Assembly: GCA_039934315.1 (NCBI GenBank)
Contig: JBDTMK010000001.1
Coordinates: forward strand, 1 to 31,814
DNA length: 31,814 nt
Direction: 5' to 3'
Source of the DNA: Pyrinomonadaceae bacterium
GTDB taxonomy: Bacteria; Acidobacteriota; Blastocatellia; Pyrinomonadales; Pyrinomonadaceae
Made by a program: the position numbers and the translations under genes. Shown one piece after another: positions 18,671 through 27,978 of the stretch. Below the pieces are notes generated by a model. The model ran no database searches, was not told the DNA's origin, and was given only the letters and a program-made list of their open reading frames with translations. Every line of letters begins with the position of its first letter. Positions within the stretch are counted from its first letter, which is position 1.

Positions 18671-18674
18671 GAAA

Positions 18675-19553
18675 ATGCCACAACTTGATGATTTCTTCGC
18701 CGAAGTGACCAGCCTGCTTGATGCTGAGATGGAGTGGCTGGTCCCGGTCGAAGGCGGCAAGCCGCACAGTTTGCGCGACGCGATTCGCTGGAGTCTTTTT
18801 GCGGGCGGCAAACATTTTCGACCCGCTCTCGTTTTCGCGGTCGGCCGGGCGTTCAATGCTACGAATGAAAAACTCATTCGTACGGCATCGGCGATCGAGA
18901 TGCTACACACATACTCGCTTATTCATGACGATCTGCCCTCAATGGATGATGACGATCTCCGTCGCGGGCGTGAAACCTGTCACAGGAAATTCGGCGAAGC
19001 TACCGCGATCCTGGCCGGCGACGCTCTACAGGCTCTGGCATTTCAGGTGATCAGCGAAGACGGAAGGCTTTCCGTAGAGACCCGTGTCGATCTGGTCTCG
19101 AAACTCGCGCAGGCTGCCGCAAAGATGGTAGTCGGACAGCAGCTTGATCTCGAGGCCGAAGGAACTATACGCTCGCTTGAAGAGATCGAAAACATTCATC
19201 GCAACAAGACCGGAGCACTGATCCGCTTCTCGGCTCAGGCCGGCGCCATCATCGGAGCTGCCGACCTCGCTAGCCGCGAGACGGTTTCGTCATTCGGTGA
19301 AAAAATTGGGCTGCTCTTTCAGATGAAAGACGATCTGCTCGATGTCACAAAAACCACCGAAGAACTTGGGAAGACAGCCGGCAAGGATACGGCAGCCGCG
19401 AAGGCGACGTATCCGGCGATCAGTGGGATCGAACGTACGGAGATTTTGGCGAAACAACTTCACGCCGAGGCAAAATTTGCGATCTCGAACCTTGGAGAAC
19501 GGGGCGCTCTTTTGAATCAGATTGCAGATTTTATTTTGACGCGGAACTCGTAG
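18675..19553 (+). CDS. ispA: Polyprenyl (farnesyl/geranylgeranyl) diphosphate synthase
   Basis: GGKHFRP, SLIHDDLPSMDDDDLRRG (FARM), KTGAL, FQMKDDLLD (SARM). ATG 18675 preferred because the 18642 extension is repeat-derived. Confidence 0.9.
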   Translation: MPQLDDFFAEVTSLLDAEMEWLVPVEGGKPHSLRDAIRWSLFAGGKHFRPALVFAVGRAFNATNEKLIRTASAIEMLHTYSLIHDDLPSMDDDDLRRGRETCHRKFGEATAILAGDALQALAFQVISEDGRLSVETRVDLVSKLAQAAAKMVVGQQLDLEAEGTIRSLEEIENIHRNKTGALIRFSAQAGAIIGAADLASRETVSSFGEKIGLLFQMKDDLLDVTKTTEELGKTAGKDTAAAKATYPAISGIERTEILAKQLHAEAKFAISNLGERGALLNQIADFILTRNS

Positions 19554-19572
19554 GATGCTGGAAATGCTCTTG

Positions 19573-19601
19573 TTGTAATCGAAACTACACCCTAGTATAT
19601 T
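19573..19601 (+). promoter_or_regulatory. Putative sigma70 promoter for the oligopeptidase B gene
   Basis: TTGTAA-N17-TATATT, about 47 bp upstream of the start codon. Confidence 0.55.
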
Positions 19602-19647
19602 GCGTACTTCAAACGTCAAAGTTCCATTTAAGTAAGGAGTGCAGGTT

Positions 19648-21765
19648 GTGACAAGAATACTACTTTGCCTTAGTGCAATGATCGCAGGCAGCTTGATCGT
19701 TGCCGCCCAGGAAACGATGAAACCACCCGTTGCGAAGAAAGAACCAAAAGTCCTGAAGATCCACGGTTACACGATAACCGACAACTACGCGTGGCTGCGC
19801 GATCGTGAGACGCCGAAGAAGCCTGAGATCGTCAAGTACCTCGAAGAAGAGAACGCGTACACCGAGCATCACATGGGCCAGCACAAAGAGTTTGTCGCCG
19901 ATCTCTACAAAGAAATGCTCGGCCGCATAAAGCAGACCGATCTGAGCGTTCCGTACAAGCTCGGCGATTACTGGTATTTCAATAAGACGGAAGAGGGCAA
20001 ACAGTATCCGACCTATCTTCGAAGCAAGACCAAGGACGGCGCCAATCCGGAAATGCTGCTTGATCAGAACGAGATGGCGAAAGGCCTGAAATTTCTGTCG
20101 ATCGGCGCCTTCGAGCCGAGCGACGCCGGGAATCTACTTGCGTTTGCGACCGATTCAACCGGTTACCGGCAATACACTTTGCAAATAAAAGATCTCCGAA
20201 CCGGCACAATACTTCCGGAAAAGATCGAGCGAGTTACAACGCAGGAATGGTCGAACGACGGCAAGTACATTTTTTACGTTCAAGAGGACGCAGTATCGAA
20301 GCGTTCCGACAAACTTTTCCGGCATACCGTCGGCAGCCGCGATCCCGACAAATTGATCTTTGACGAAAAGGATGTGCTGTTCGGAATCACCATCGGCCGT
20401 TCGCGCGACAGGAAGATGATGTTTCTTTCTTCTTACGCAAAGACAATGCGCGAGGAGCGATATCTTGCGGCGGATGATCCGCTTGGCGAGTTCAAGTTAA
20501 TAAGCCCGCGTCGTGAAGGTCACGAATACTCGGTCGATTACGACAACGGTGAGTTTTATATCGTGACCAACAAGGACGCCGAGAATTTCAGAGTGATGCG
20601 TGCACCGGCAAATGATCCCGGGGAAAAAAGCTGGGTAGAGTTCATCGCGCACGACCCGGCGATCAAGATCGAAGATATAAACTTTTTCAAAGATTACGCG
20701 GTTGTCTCCGAGCTCGAAAATGGCCTGGAATATATTCGTGTGATGGATCGAAAGACGCGCCGGGCCACGACTCGGATCGCGACTCCCGAGAGCGTGTACA
20801 CGATGTCTCTTGGTGCAAACCCTGAATATGACACGCCCATAATTCGGTACATCTATGCATCGATGATCACGCCGAACTCGACATACGAATTCGACTTCAA
20901 AACGCGAAAGAGCGAGCTGATCAAACAGCAGGAGATCCCGAGCGGCTACGACAAAGCGCAATACGAGACTACGCGAGTGTGGGCGACGGCTCGCGACGGT
21001 GTGAAAGTTCCGATCTCCATCGTGATGAAGAAAGGAACCAAGCTCGACGGAAAATCGCCTATGCTGCTGTACGCGTACGGCTCGTATGGTGCTTCGATGA
21101 CACCGAGTTTTTCGACTGCCCGGCTGAGTCTCGTGGATCGCGGAATGATCTATGCGATCGCTCACATTCGCGGCGGCGGCGAGCTTGGTGAGAGGTGGCG
21201 CATGGAAGGACGGATGTTCAAGAAGCTGAACACCTTCTACGACTTTGTCGACTCGGCGAAATGGCTGGTCACAAATAAATACACCTCCACCGATCGATTG
21301 GTTATCCAGGGCGGATCGGCCGGTGGCCTGTTAATGGGCGCTGTCAGCAATATATCTCCCGAAACGTTTCACGCGGTGATCGCGCAGGTGCCGTTCGTCG
21401 ATGTCATGAATACGATGCTCGACGAAACGCTGCCGCTCACGACTGACGAATGGATCGAGTGGGGAAATCCGAATGAGAAAGCGGCGTGGGACTACATGGT
21501 CCAGTATTCTCCTTACGAGAACGTGAAGGCCCAAAAATATCCGAACATGCTGATCGAGATCTCTCTGAACGATTCGCAGGTGCCCTATTGGGAAGGGGCA
21601 AAACTCGCGGCCAAGATCCGGGAGCTGAAGACGGATGACAATACCGTGCTGCTAAAAGCAAATATGGGGGCGGGACACGGCGGCTCGTCGGGCCGCTACG
21701 ATCGTCTCAAGGAGATCGCGTTCGACTACGCTTACGCGTTGACCCAGGTCGGCATCACTAAGTAG
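19648..21765 (+). CDS. ptrB: Oligopeptidase B (S9A serine peptidase), secreted
   Basis: DNYAWLRD, GGSAGG nucleophile, NDSQVPYWE, GAGHGG. GTG 19648 has an AAGGAG SD; signal peptide present. Confidence 0.9.
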   Translation: MTRILLCLSAMIAGSLIVAAQETMKPPVAKKEPKVLKIHGYTITDNYAWLRDRETPKKPEIVKYLEEENAYTEHHMGQHKEFVADLYKEMLGRIKQTDLSVPYKLGDYWYFNKTEEGKQYPTYLRSKTKDGANPEMLLDQNEMAKGLKFLSIGAFEPSDAGNLLAFATDSTGYRQYTLQIKDLRTGTILPEKIERVTTQEWSNDGKYIFYVQEDAVSKRSDKLFRHTVGSRDPDKLIFDEKDVLFGITIGRSRDRKMMFLSSYAKTMREERYLAADDPLGEFKLISPRREGHEYSVDYDNGEFYIVTNKDAENFRVMRAPANDPGEKSWVEFIAHDPAIKIEDINFFKDYAVVSELENGLEYIRVMDRKTRRATTRIATPESVYTMSLGANPEYDTPIIRYIYASMITPNSTYEFDFKTRKSELIKQQEIPSGYDKAQYETTRVWATARDGVKVPISIVMKKGTKLDGKSPMLLYAYGSYGASMTPSFSTARLSLVDRGMIYAIAHIRGGGELGERWRMEGRMFKKLNTFYDFVDSAKWLVTNKYTSTDRLVIQGGSAGGLLMGAVSNISPETFHAVIAQVPFVDVMNTMLDETLPLTTDEWIEWGNPNEKAAWDYMVQYSPYENVKAQKYPNMLIEISLNDSQVPYWEGAKLAAKIRELKTDDNTVLLKANMGAGHGGSSGRYDRLKEIAFDYAYALTQVGITK

Positions 21766-21799
21766 AAATATCGAGCAGACATTAAAGTCTCGACAAACG

Positions 21800-21836
21800 A
21801 GTCGGGAGGCGTTAACAAAACGCTTCCCGACTTTTT
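21800..21836 (+). terminator. Intrinsic terminator after ptrB
   Basis: 14-bp stem agtcgggaggcgtt / aacgcttcccgact (one G-U) followed by a T run. Confidence 0.85.
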
Positions 21837-21997
21837 GCATTCCGGAGCCGTGTAATTCTCTCATCTTGAAGCATCGGTCCGTCATTGTGACCGATGCGTA
21901 ATTAGAGGCTCCACGCTGAGGTGGTTCTAAAATCCTTGTTTACTGCGTTCATCACCAAAGAAGAGGCTCGGGATTATTGATATCCGATAACTTCACG

Positions 21998-22141
21998 ATG
22001 GCTGCCAATTCGGCGATCGCCGACGGCCTGCTGATCAGCGATGGGCTGCTGATCAGCGACGGCCCGCTCATCAGCGACACTGCTAACTCCCTGTCAAATA
22101 GGGTTCGCGCGAAGGGTGATCTCACGTCGAAAATGCGGTAA
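21998..22141 (+). CDS. Small repeat peptide MAANSAIADGLLISDGLLISDGPLISDTANSLSNRVRAKGDLTSKMR (47 aa), not in the ORF track; the frame is open back to 21920
   Basis: Translated by hand. Three 18-nt tandem units encode DG(L/P)LIS, and a fourth GLLISD copy with different codons lies upstream in frame (21971-21988). Confidence 0.6.
   Translation: MAANSAIADGLLISDGLLISDGPLISDTANSLSNRVRAKGDLTSKMR
22022..22078 (+). repeat. 18-bp tandem repeat, about 3 copies
   Basis: gacggcctgctgatcagc / gatgggctgctgatcagc / gacggcccgctcatcagc / gac. Confidence 0.9.
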
Positions 22142-22316
22142 ATTCCCTTCGCAGGTCAATAGATAGGCTGCCCGAGAGATCGGCGGCCTATCGGTTTCCA
22201 AGGGCCTAGATTATTTTTATGGAAAAATTGCTGCCGTCCGGGATATATTAATAGCGGCGAACTTTCTATCTTTTCGCTCCATCCTTTCTGCCCCCTAAGT
22301 TACCCCGACTCGTCAG

Positions 22317-24542
22317 ATGCCTTCCAAAAGATCCCTCGAGAATATTTATATAGCCCTTCTGTCGCCAGTGGCCGTCTATGCGCTCGGCTGGGCCCTCTAT
22401 AATTTTCCAAGTTCTGTGGTGGACATGCGGTTGGGCGGCCTCGCGATCATTACCGTTTTTTTTAGCTCATTCCTCAGAATCCAACTTCCGAGAACAAAAA
22501 TCCACGTTACAACGTCGGACGCCGCCATCATCCTCACCTTTCTCTGGTACGGCGGTGAGACTGCAATAATACTTTCTTTCCTCGAGGCAGCGTTCACGTC
22601 GGTCAGCTACCGACGGCAGGGCGGGAACATCGGCTACAAAACGATCTTGATAAATATAATGGTCGCGGTCGTCGGGCTCTTCGCCACCACCGTCATAGTA
22701 CATGCGATGTTTTCATCTGAGGCTCCGCAGGTGGTCGAGGCCGGGGATGTGACCCAGATGATCCTGCTGCTCGCAGTGATGGGGTTCGCTCTGTTCTTGT
22801 TCAATTCGACTCTCGTCTCGCTTTTCATCGCGGCGAAAACGGAGAAATCCGTTTTGAGTGTTTGGACGGAGTACTGCCTGAATGCACTCGTAATGTATCT
22901 AAGCGGGGCCGTCCTCGCCGGTTTTACGACGAAAGCGATACAAGACATCAACATTTTTTTGTTCGCCGCGGTGTGCGTTTTTTTCGGAACGGTCTACCTC
23001 ACTTATCGCCGCTACATTAACGACATAAAGACAACCGCTGCCCCGGCCGAGAAAGCCGAGCGGCAACGTGCCGAACAAGCCGAACGCCACGTGCGGGAAC
23101 TCAAACATTATGTCGAACAGCTCGAAAGGAGCGGCGCGGAACTTAAACAAAGTCATGCTCGTTTTCGTCACGCGGCTTATCATGATGCCCTAACGGGATT
23201 GCCGAACCGAAACTATTTCGTCGATACGATACGAAAGCTCATCGAACAAAAAATGACCCAGCCTCTCGTATCGTACGCCGTGCTGTTTCTCGATTTGAAC
23301 GGATTCCGAAAGATCAACGACAGCCTCGGCCACTCGGTCGGCGACCAGTTGGTCAAACAAGTTGCCGGAAGGCTGCTGCAAGTTCAGAGAAAAGACAGCA
23401 TCGTAGGAAGATTCAGCGGTGATGAGTTTGCGATCATTTTGATCGGCGATGCCGACGAGCGCGGCGCCACTGAGTTTGCTCAATCAGTCGTTGATACGAT
23501 CTCGCAGCCTTTCATTCTCAATTCAAAGCAGGTTTTCACAAGCGTGAGCGTCGGAATCGCTTTTGGGAATCTCAATTATGACGAACCCGAAGAAATACTC
23601 CGGGACGTTGACATTGCAATGTACTTCGCCAAAGATCACGGAAATGAGTACGAGGTTTTTGACGAGAAGATGCACACGCGGGCCGTCTCGCTTCTGGAGC
23701 TTGAGACCGATCTGCGATATGCAGTCGAACGGAATGAGTTCGAGCTTCACTATCAGCCAATCGTGGATCTCAAGAATCTGCAGCTTGCCGGTTTCGAAGC
23801 CCTGGTCCGATGGAACCACCCGACGCTCGGTCAGATACCTCCGGACCGTTTTATCCCGATCTGCGAATCCACCGGGCTGATCGTGCCGATCACGCTGACG
23901 ATCCTTGAAACGGCGTGCCAGCAAACCGTGGATTGGCAGAAACGCTTTAGCGAATCGCCACCCGGTTTTGTCAGCGTTAATATTTCGGGGGTTCATTTCG
24001 GGAACCCGTCGCTGGTTGAACAGATCAAGGATGTTCTCCACAAGACCGGCCTCAACCCACAAAGTCTAAAGTTGGAAATAACGGAAACCGCGATCATGGA
24101 GAACGGCGAGAATGCCGTTGCCATGCTGCGTCAGATAAAAGAGCTGGGCGTTCAGTTGAGTATCGACGACTTCGGTACGGGCTATTCAAGCCTCGGTTAC
24201 CTACAGCAATTTCCGATCGACACCCTAAAGATCGACCGCGTTTTCGTCCGGTCGATGGAAGAGGGAAGGCAGAACGGAGAGATAGTTCGCGCGGTCCTTG
24301 CGCTGGCTGGTTCTTTGAGTTTGGACGTGGTGGCGGAGGGGATCGAAAGCATTCACCAGTATCATCAGCTCCGCATATTGTCTTGCGATTACGGTCAGGG
24401 CTTTCTGTTTTCACGGCCGCTCGCAGCCGCTGCTGCCGAAAGCCTGCTTTCGGACCCGAACCGTTGGCAGAGCCTTCTCGCCGGCGGAGATTTTGCGATC
24501 GTTAACCCCGAATACGAGTCCACGAGCTATCAGCTTCACTAA
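22317..24542 (+). CDS. Membrane-bound GGDEF-EAL c-di-GMP enzyme with a multi-TM N-terminal sensor (MASE9-like)
   Basis: About 7 hydrophobic segments; HDALTGLPNR; RFSGDEF; intact EAL set (FEALVRW, VNIS, LEITE, DDFGTGYSSL, LKID, AEGIE, GQG). Confidence 0.9.
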   Translation: MPSKRSLENIYIALLSPVAVYALGWALYNFPSSVVDMRLGGLAIITVFFSSFLRIQLPRTKIHVTTSDAAIILTFLWYGGETAIILSFLEAAFTSVSYRRQGGNIGYKTILINIMVAVVGLFATTVIVHAMFSSEAPQVVEAGDVTQMILLLAVMGFALFLFNSTLVSLFIAAKTEKSVLSVWTEYCLNALVMYLSGAVLAGFTTKAIQDINIFLFAAVCVFFGTVYLTYRRYINDIKTTAAPAEKAERQRAEQAERHVRELKHYVEQLERSGAELKQSHARFRHAAYHDALTGLPNRNYFVDTIRKLIEQKMTQPLVSYAVLFLDLNGFRKINDSLGHSVGDQLVKQVAGRLLQVQRKDSIVGRFSGDEFAIILIGDADERGATEFAQSVVDTISQPFILNSKQVFTSVSVGIAFGNLNYDEPEEILRDVDIAMYFAKDHGNEYEVFDEKMHTRAVSLLELETDLRYAVERNEFELHYQPIVDLKNLQLAGFEALVRWNHPTLGQIPPDRFIPICESTGLIVPITLTILETACQQTVDWQKRFSESPPGFVSVNISGVHFGNPSLVEQIKDVLHKTGLNPQSLKLEITETAIMENGENAVAMLRQIKELGVQLSIDDFGTGYSSLGYLQQFPIDTLKIDRVFVRSMEEGRQNGEIVRAVLALAGSLSLDVVAEGIESIHQYHQLRILSCDYGQGFLFSRPLAAAAAESLLSDPNRWQSLLAGGDFAIVNPEYESTSYQLH

Positions 24543-24545
24543 GCA

Positions 24546-25952
24546 TCACTCGGCGAAAATCGCAGGCTTTGAGTTGAGCGGGAATTCCGTTCCATAGCGG
24601 TGAGCTAGATTTAGCAGCTGCTGTTCCGACCAGAAGGTGCCGATCAGCTGCGTGCCTATCGGCAACCCGTCGCTGGACAGGCCGCATGGAATGCTTAGTG
24701 CGGGAGTCCCGGCGAGGTTCGCCGAAACTGTATAAACATCATTCAGATACATCGCCAAGGGGTCGTCGGATTTCTCGCCGATCTTGAAGGCGACGGACGG
24801 CGACGTCGGAGTAAGGATCGCGTCGCAGGTCGCGAACGCTTTCTGGTAGTCGCGCTTTACGAGAGCTCTTACTTTCTGCGCCTTCGAATAATAGGCATCG
24901 TAATAGCCGCTCGATAGAACATACGTGCCGAGCATGATGCGCCGCTTCACTTCCTCACCGAATCCTTCTTCACGCGTTTTGAAATACATTTCGCGAAGCT
25001 TGGTCGCTTCTTCGGCGCGGAAACCATATCGGACACCGTCGTAGCGGGCCAGATTCGACGATGCCTCGGCCGTCGCGATAATGTAATAGACTGCGATCCC
25101 GAATTTCGCATACGGAAGTTCGACATCCACGATCGTCGCCCCGAGAGAGCGGAAGTTATCAATTGACGTTTCCACGGCGTTTCGGACTTCGTCGTCGAGC
25201 CCTTCGCCAAACAACTCGCGCGGTACCCCGATCGTTTTTCCCGCGATTTCGTTTTCAAGACCCGCCGAATAATCGGGCACCGGCACATCCGCTGATGTGG
25301 AATCCATTTCGTCTCGGCCGGCAATTACGCTAAGCACGTCAGCAACATCCGTTACCGTTTGACCAAAGATGCCGATGTTGTCGAGCGACGAAGCAAACGC
25401 AACGAGTCCGTAGCGGGATATGCGTCCGTATGTCGGCTTAAATCCGACGATGCCGCAAAGCGAGGCCGGCTGACGTACTGAGCCGCCGGTTTCCGAACCA
25501 AGGGCCGCACGCGCTACTCCGGACGCGACAGCTGCCGCAGAACCGCCCGAGCTACCGCCCGGAACCCGCGTCGTGTCCCAAGGATTTTTCACCGGGCCGA
25601 ATGCCGAGCTCTCGTTCGACGAGCCCATCGCGAACTCGTCCATGTTTGTCTTGCCGATGACGATCGCCCCCGCGCCGTTCAATCGTTTGATCGCCGTCGC
25701 ATCATACTGAGCGCGGTAGTTGCGCAGGATCCGTGAGCCGCATGTCGTCTGCAAACCCTTAGTGCAGATATTGTCCTTTACCGCGATCGCGAGACCGCGC
25801 AAGCTGAGGTCGGAGCCGTTGCCGTCAACTTGTCCAACGCGTGCCTCGGCGTGCGCACGTTCGATCGAAAGAAACGAGTTCAACTCCGGGTTTAGCTTCT
25901 CTGCATTGTCGAGCGTCTTTGTAATTGCCGCTCGGATATTCGTATCAGTCAT
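24546..25952 (-). CDS. gatA: Asp/Glu-tRNA amidotransferase subunit A
   Basis: [61 protein letters not shown]. Confidence 0.97.
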   Translation of the reverse strand: MTDTNIRAAITKTLDNAEKLNPELNSFLSIERAHAEARVGQVDGNGSDLSLRGLAIAVKDNICTKGLQTTCGSRILRNYRAQYDATAIKRLNGAGAIVIGKTNMDEFAMGSSNESSAFGPVKNPWDTTRVPGGSSGGSAAAVASGVARAALGSETGGSVRQPASLCGIVGFKPTYGRISRYGLVAFASSLDNIGIFGQTVTDVADVLSVIAGRDEMDSTSADVPVPDYSAGLENEIAGKTIGVPRELFGEGLDDEVRNAVETSIDNFRSLGATIVDVELPYAKFGIAVYYIIATAEASSNLARYDGVRYGFRAEEATKLREMYFKTREEGFGEEVKRRIMLGTYVLSSGYYDAYYSKAQKVRALVKRDYQKAFATCDAILTPTSPSVAFKIGEKSDDPLAMYLNDVYTVSANLAGTPALSIPCGLSSDGLPIGTQLIGTFWSEQQLLNLAHRYGTEFPLNSKPAIFAE

Positions 25953-26446
25953 TTATCTAATGGCGAAACAGAATCGATGAGCCAATTGTCATCTTCCTTT
26001 TTTAACGATGCGGACACATGTCTTTGCTCGGTCCGGATATCGTCTTTCCAAAACAGCAGAACGTCGAATTGCACCGCGTCTCCTGGCTGAACAACCTTGC
26101 ATTCGCCGACGCGAAACGCTTTCGGGAGGTCATTTGTGGCCGTGGCCGTAAAATATTCGGTAGTTTTCACCGGCAGAGCGACAGCCTCATTGAGGAGATC
26201 GCGAAACAGACGGCGCGTTAAATGCTTCTCTCGAAGCCGGACGTTTTCCTCCGTCAGATGCATGTCATTTCCAAAATGAAAAGAATAGAATTCCCGTACT
26301 CGGTCACGGGCTTCACGACAATCCGTCTCCTCGAGGTTCGGTATACTGCACGAAGCCAAAAGGCAGGCCGCACAAAGCAGAAGGCACGCTCTCGACAGAG
26401 CCGCATGGCTGATAAACGACAACGGACCGCTGACAACTGCCTTCAT
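25949..26446 (-). CDS. Lipoprotein, DUF3828/YbjP-like
   Basis: Lipobox LLAS-C; VREFYSFH and C-terminal WLIDSV pattern. ATGA overlaps with both neighbours. Confidence 0.7.
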   Translation of the reverse strand: MKAVVSGPLSFISHAALSRACLLLCAACLLASCSIPNLEETDCREARDRVREFYSFHFGNDMHLTEENVRLREKHLTRRLFRDLLNEAVALPVKTTEYFTATATNDLPKAFRVGECKVVQPGDAVQFDVLLFWKDDIRTEQRHVSASLKKEDDNWLIDSVSPLDK

Positions 26447-26724
26447 AAAACTTTCGGGACCTGGAAGTGTCCGGCTACAGGCGACGGCGCCTGATCGAGC
26501 GCGGCTTTTTGACCCAGCGAATCGCGCACGAGATCTTCTCGCATCGTCTTGGTCGCTTCTCCCTGATCGGTCAGGCCTCCAAGCATCGGCTCGATATTCT
26601 CAATGTCGAGCTCGTTCAACTGCTCAACGTACTTTACGATCTCCGCCATCTGCGGAGTATAGAGCGCGACTTCCTCATCGGTTATTTCAAGATGCGCAAG
26701 TGTTGCGATTTTTCTAACGTCCAT
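26443..26724 (-). CDS. gatC: Asp/Glu-tRNA amidotransferase subunit C
   Basis: MDVRKIATLAHLE...MRED...[11 protein letters not shown]. The true start is ATG 26724; the track's extension is repeat or overlap sequence. Confidence 0.92.
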   Translation of the reverse strand: MDVRKIATLAHLEITDEEVALYTPQMAEIVKYVEQLNELDIENIEPMLGGLTDQGEATKTMREDLVRDSLGQKAALDQAPSPVAGHFQVPKVL

Positions 26725-26730
26725 AATTTT

Positions 26731-26799
26731 GTCAAAACCGGAAGCGGTTGCGACCGGGTTTTTATTTCTTGTCAGAACGGGAGCAGCAGCGACCGGGCT
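26731..26799. repeat. Two direct copies of a ~30-bp REP-like unit between dciA and gatC
   Basis: gtcaaaaccggaagcggttgcgaccgggtt (26731-26760) and gtcagaacgggagcagcagcgaccgggct (26771-26799), 40-bp period. Confidence 0.7.
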
Positions 26800-27274
26800 A
26801 TGACCGATCCATCCTCTTTTTCTTTCGTGCGAGGCAATTCCCCGCAGCGAGGAGAAATTGCTTGCGAAGCTCTTCGTCATCTATGCGTTGGGCGGCGCTC
26901 GCAAGCTCGGGCGAAATTTCTTTTTCCGCCTCGCGTCGAAGTTCCGCATCACTTGGCGTCGACTCTTTCGATCGCCTCGATCGAACGGCCTCGTCGTCGA
27001 TCTGCAGCTCTATAAACATTACAGTCGCAGTACCGAGCGTCGCGTTAAGCTTGAAGACCATCTGACTGCACAGATCTTTCAGCTGACGCTGCCACATCAG
27101 GTTTGATACGGCGACAAACAACCTTCCTTTCTCGAGCCGCAAAGGTACAGCGTGTTCGGCAAGCCCATCGCCCGCGATTCGTCGCCACGCCGCAAAGACG
27201 ACAGCCTCACGGACCATTTCCGCGCCCTCTACATCGTCAAAAATGCCGGGCAGCGTGCGAAAAATGTCGAGCAT
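26798..27274 (-). CDS. dciA: DUF721/DciA-family protein
   Basis: VFAAWRRIAG...HAVPLRLEKGRLFVAVSNLMWQRQL pattern typical of DUF721. Confidence 0.75.
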   Translation of the reverse strand: MLDIFRTLPGIFDDVEGAEMVREAVVFAAWRRIAGDGLAEHAVPLRLEKGRLFVAVSNLMWQRQLKDLCSQMVFKLNATLGTATVMFIELQIDDEAVRSRRSKESTPSDAELRREAEKEISPELASAAQRIDDEELRKQFLLAAGNCLARKKKRMDRS

Positions 27275-27324
27275 GGCTATTATCTTAAACGAGAAAACTA
27301 CTATTTGCTAAATTCAACTTTTGC

Positions 27325-27906
27325 ATGATCAATCTGCCTAAATTGGTACTGGCGTCGGGAAGTCCGCGTCGGTCTGAAATAATGAACTCGGTCGGATGGG
27401 AGTTCATAAAAGACGTTCCTGATATCGATGAAAGCGAGAACCCCGCCGAAGAAGCAGACGTTTATGTCCAGCGGCTGGCGAGAGAAAAGGCAGACGCTGT
27501 GGGGGCTTCCCACCCGGACCAGATAATACTTGCGGCCGACACGACGGTCGTAATAGATGGCCAAATAATCGGGAAGCCGGTCGACTTGGAGGACGCGCGA
27601 AGGATGTTAGGAATGTTGTCCGGCAAATGGCACGAGGTGCTGACAGGGATCGCCGTAATGAAAAACGGGAATGCGGAAATCGGACTGCAGCGAACGCGTG
27701 TGAAATTTGCGCGTATGAACCAGAACGAGATTAATTTTCTGGTTGCAAAGGGAGATCCACTCGACAAGGCCGGAGCATACGCTGTCCAGGCCCAAGCGGC
27801 GTTATTCATCGAAGGTATCGAAGGTGATTATTGGAATGTGGTTGGGCTGCCGATCGGTCTGGTTTATCAATTGGTGGGTAAAGTGATGAGTGATGGTGAT
27901 GACTGA
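27325..27906 (+). CDS. maf: Maf family nucleoside-triphosphate pyrophosphatase
   Basis: LVLASGSPRR, ILAADT, GKP, DKAGAY, NVVGLP. The plus strand reads ATG ATC AAT at 27325 and TGA at 27904-27906, so the track's minus label is wrong. Confidence 0.95.
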   Translation: MINLPKLVLASGSPRRSEIMNSVGWEFIKDVPDIDESENPAEEADVYVQRLAREKADAVGASHPDQIILAADTTVVIDGQIIGKPVDLEDARRMLGMLSGKWHEVLTGIAVMKNGNAEIGLQRTRVKFARMNQNEINFLVAKGDPLDKAGAYAVQAQAALFIEGIEGDYWNVVGLPIGLVYQLVGKVMSDGDD

Positions 27907-27919
27907 TCCGTGATGAGGA

Positions 27920-27948
27920 AAAAGAGCCGGTATGAAACTGGCTCTTTT
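27920..27948. terminator. Bidirectional intrinsic terminator between convergent maf and the TlpA-like gene
   Basis: aaaagagccggt / actggctctttt stem with an A run before and a T run after. Confidence 0.8.
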
Positions 27949-27978
27949 CGTCCCCTATCACTTATGACCTATAACTCG

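Noticed and set aside
26725-26880. N-terminal extension of gatC in the track (similarly 276-377, 2653-2715, 14112-14258, 16799-16828, 18642-18674, 28486-28542)
   Set aside because: The extensions run through repeats or neighbouring genes. Family N-termini, and SD sequences where visible, support the shorter starts.
27325-27906. ORF track lists the Maf ORF on the minus strand
   Set aside because: The plus strand reads atg atc aat ctg cct (MINLP) at 27325 and ends TGA at 27906. The bidirectional terminator at 27920-27948 also fits a plus-strand gene.
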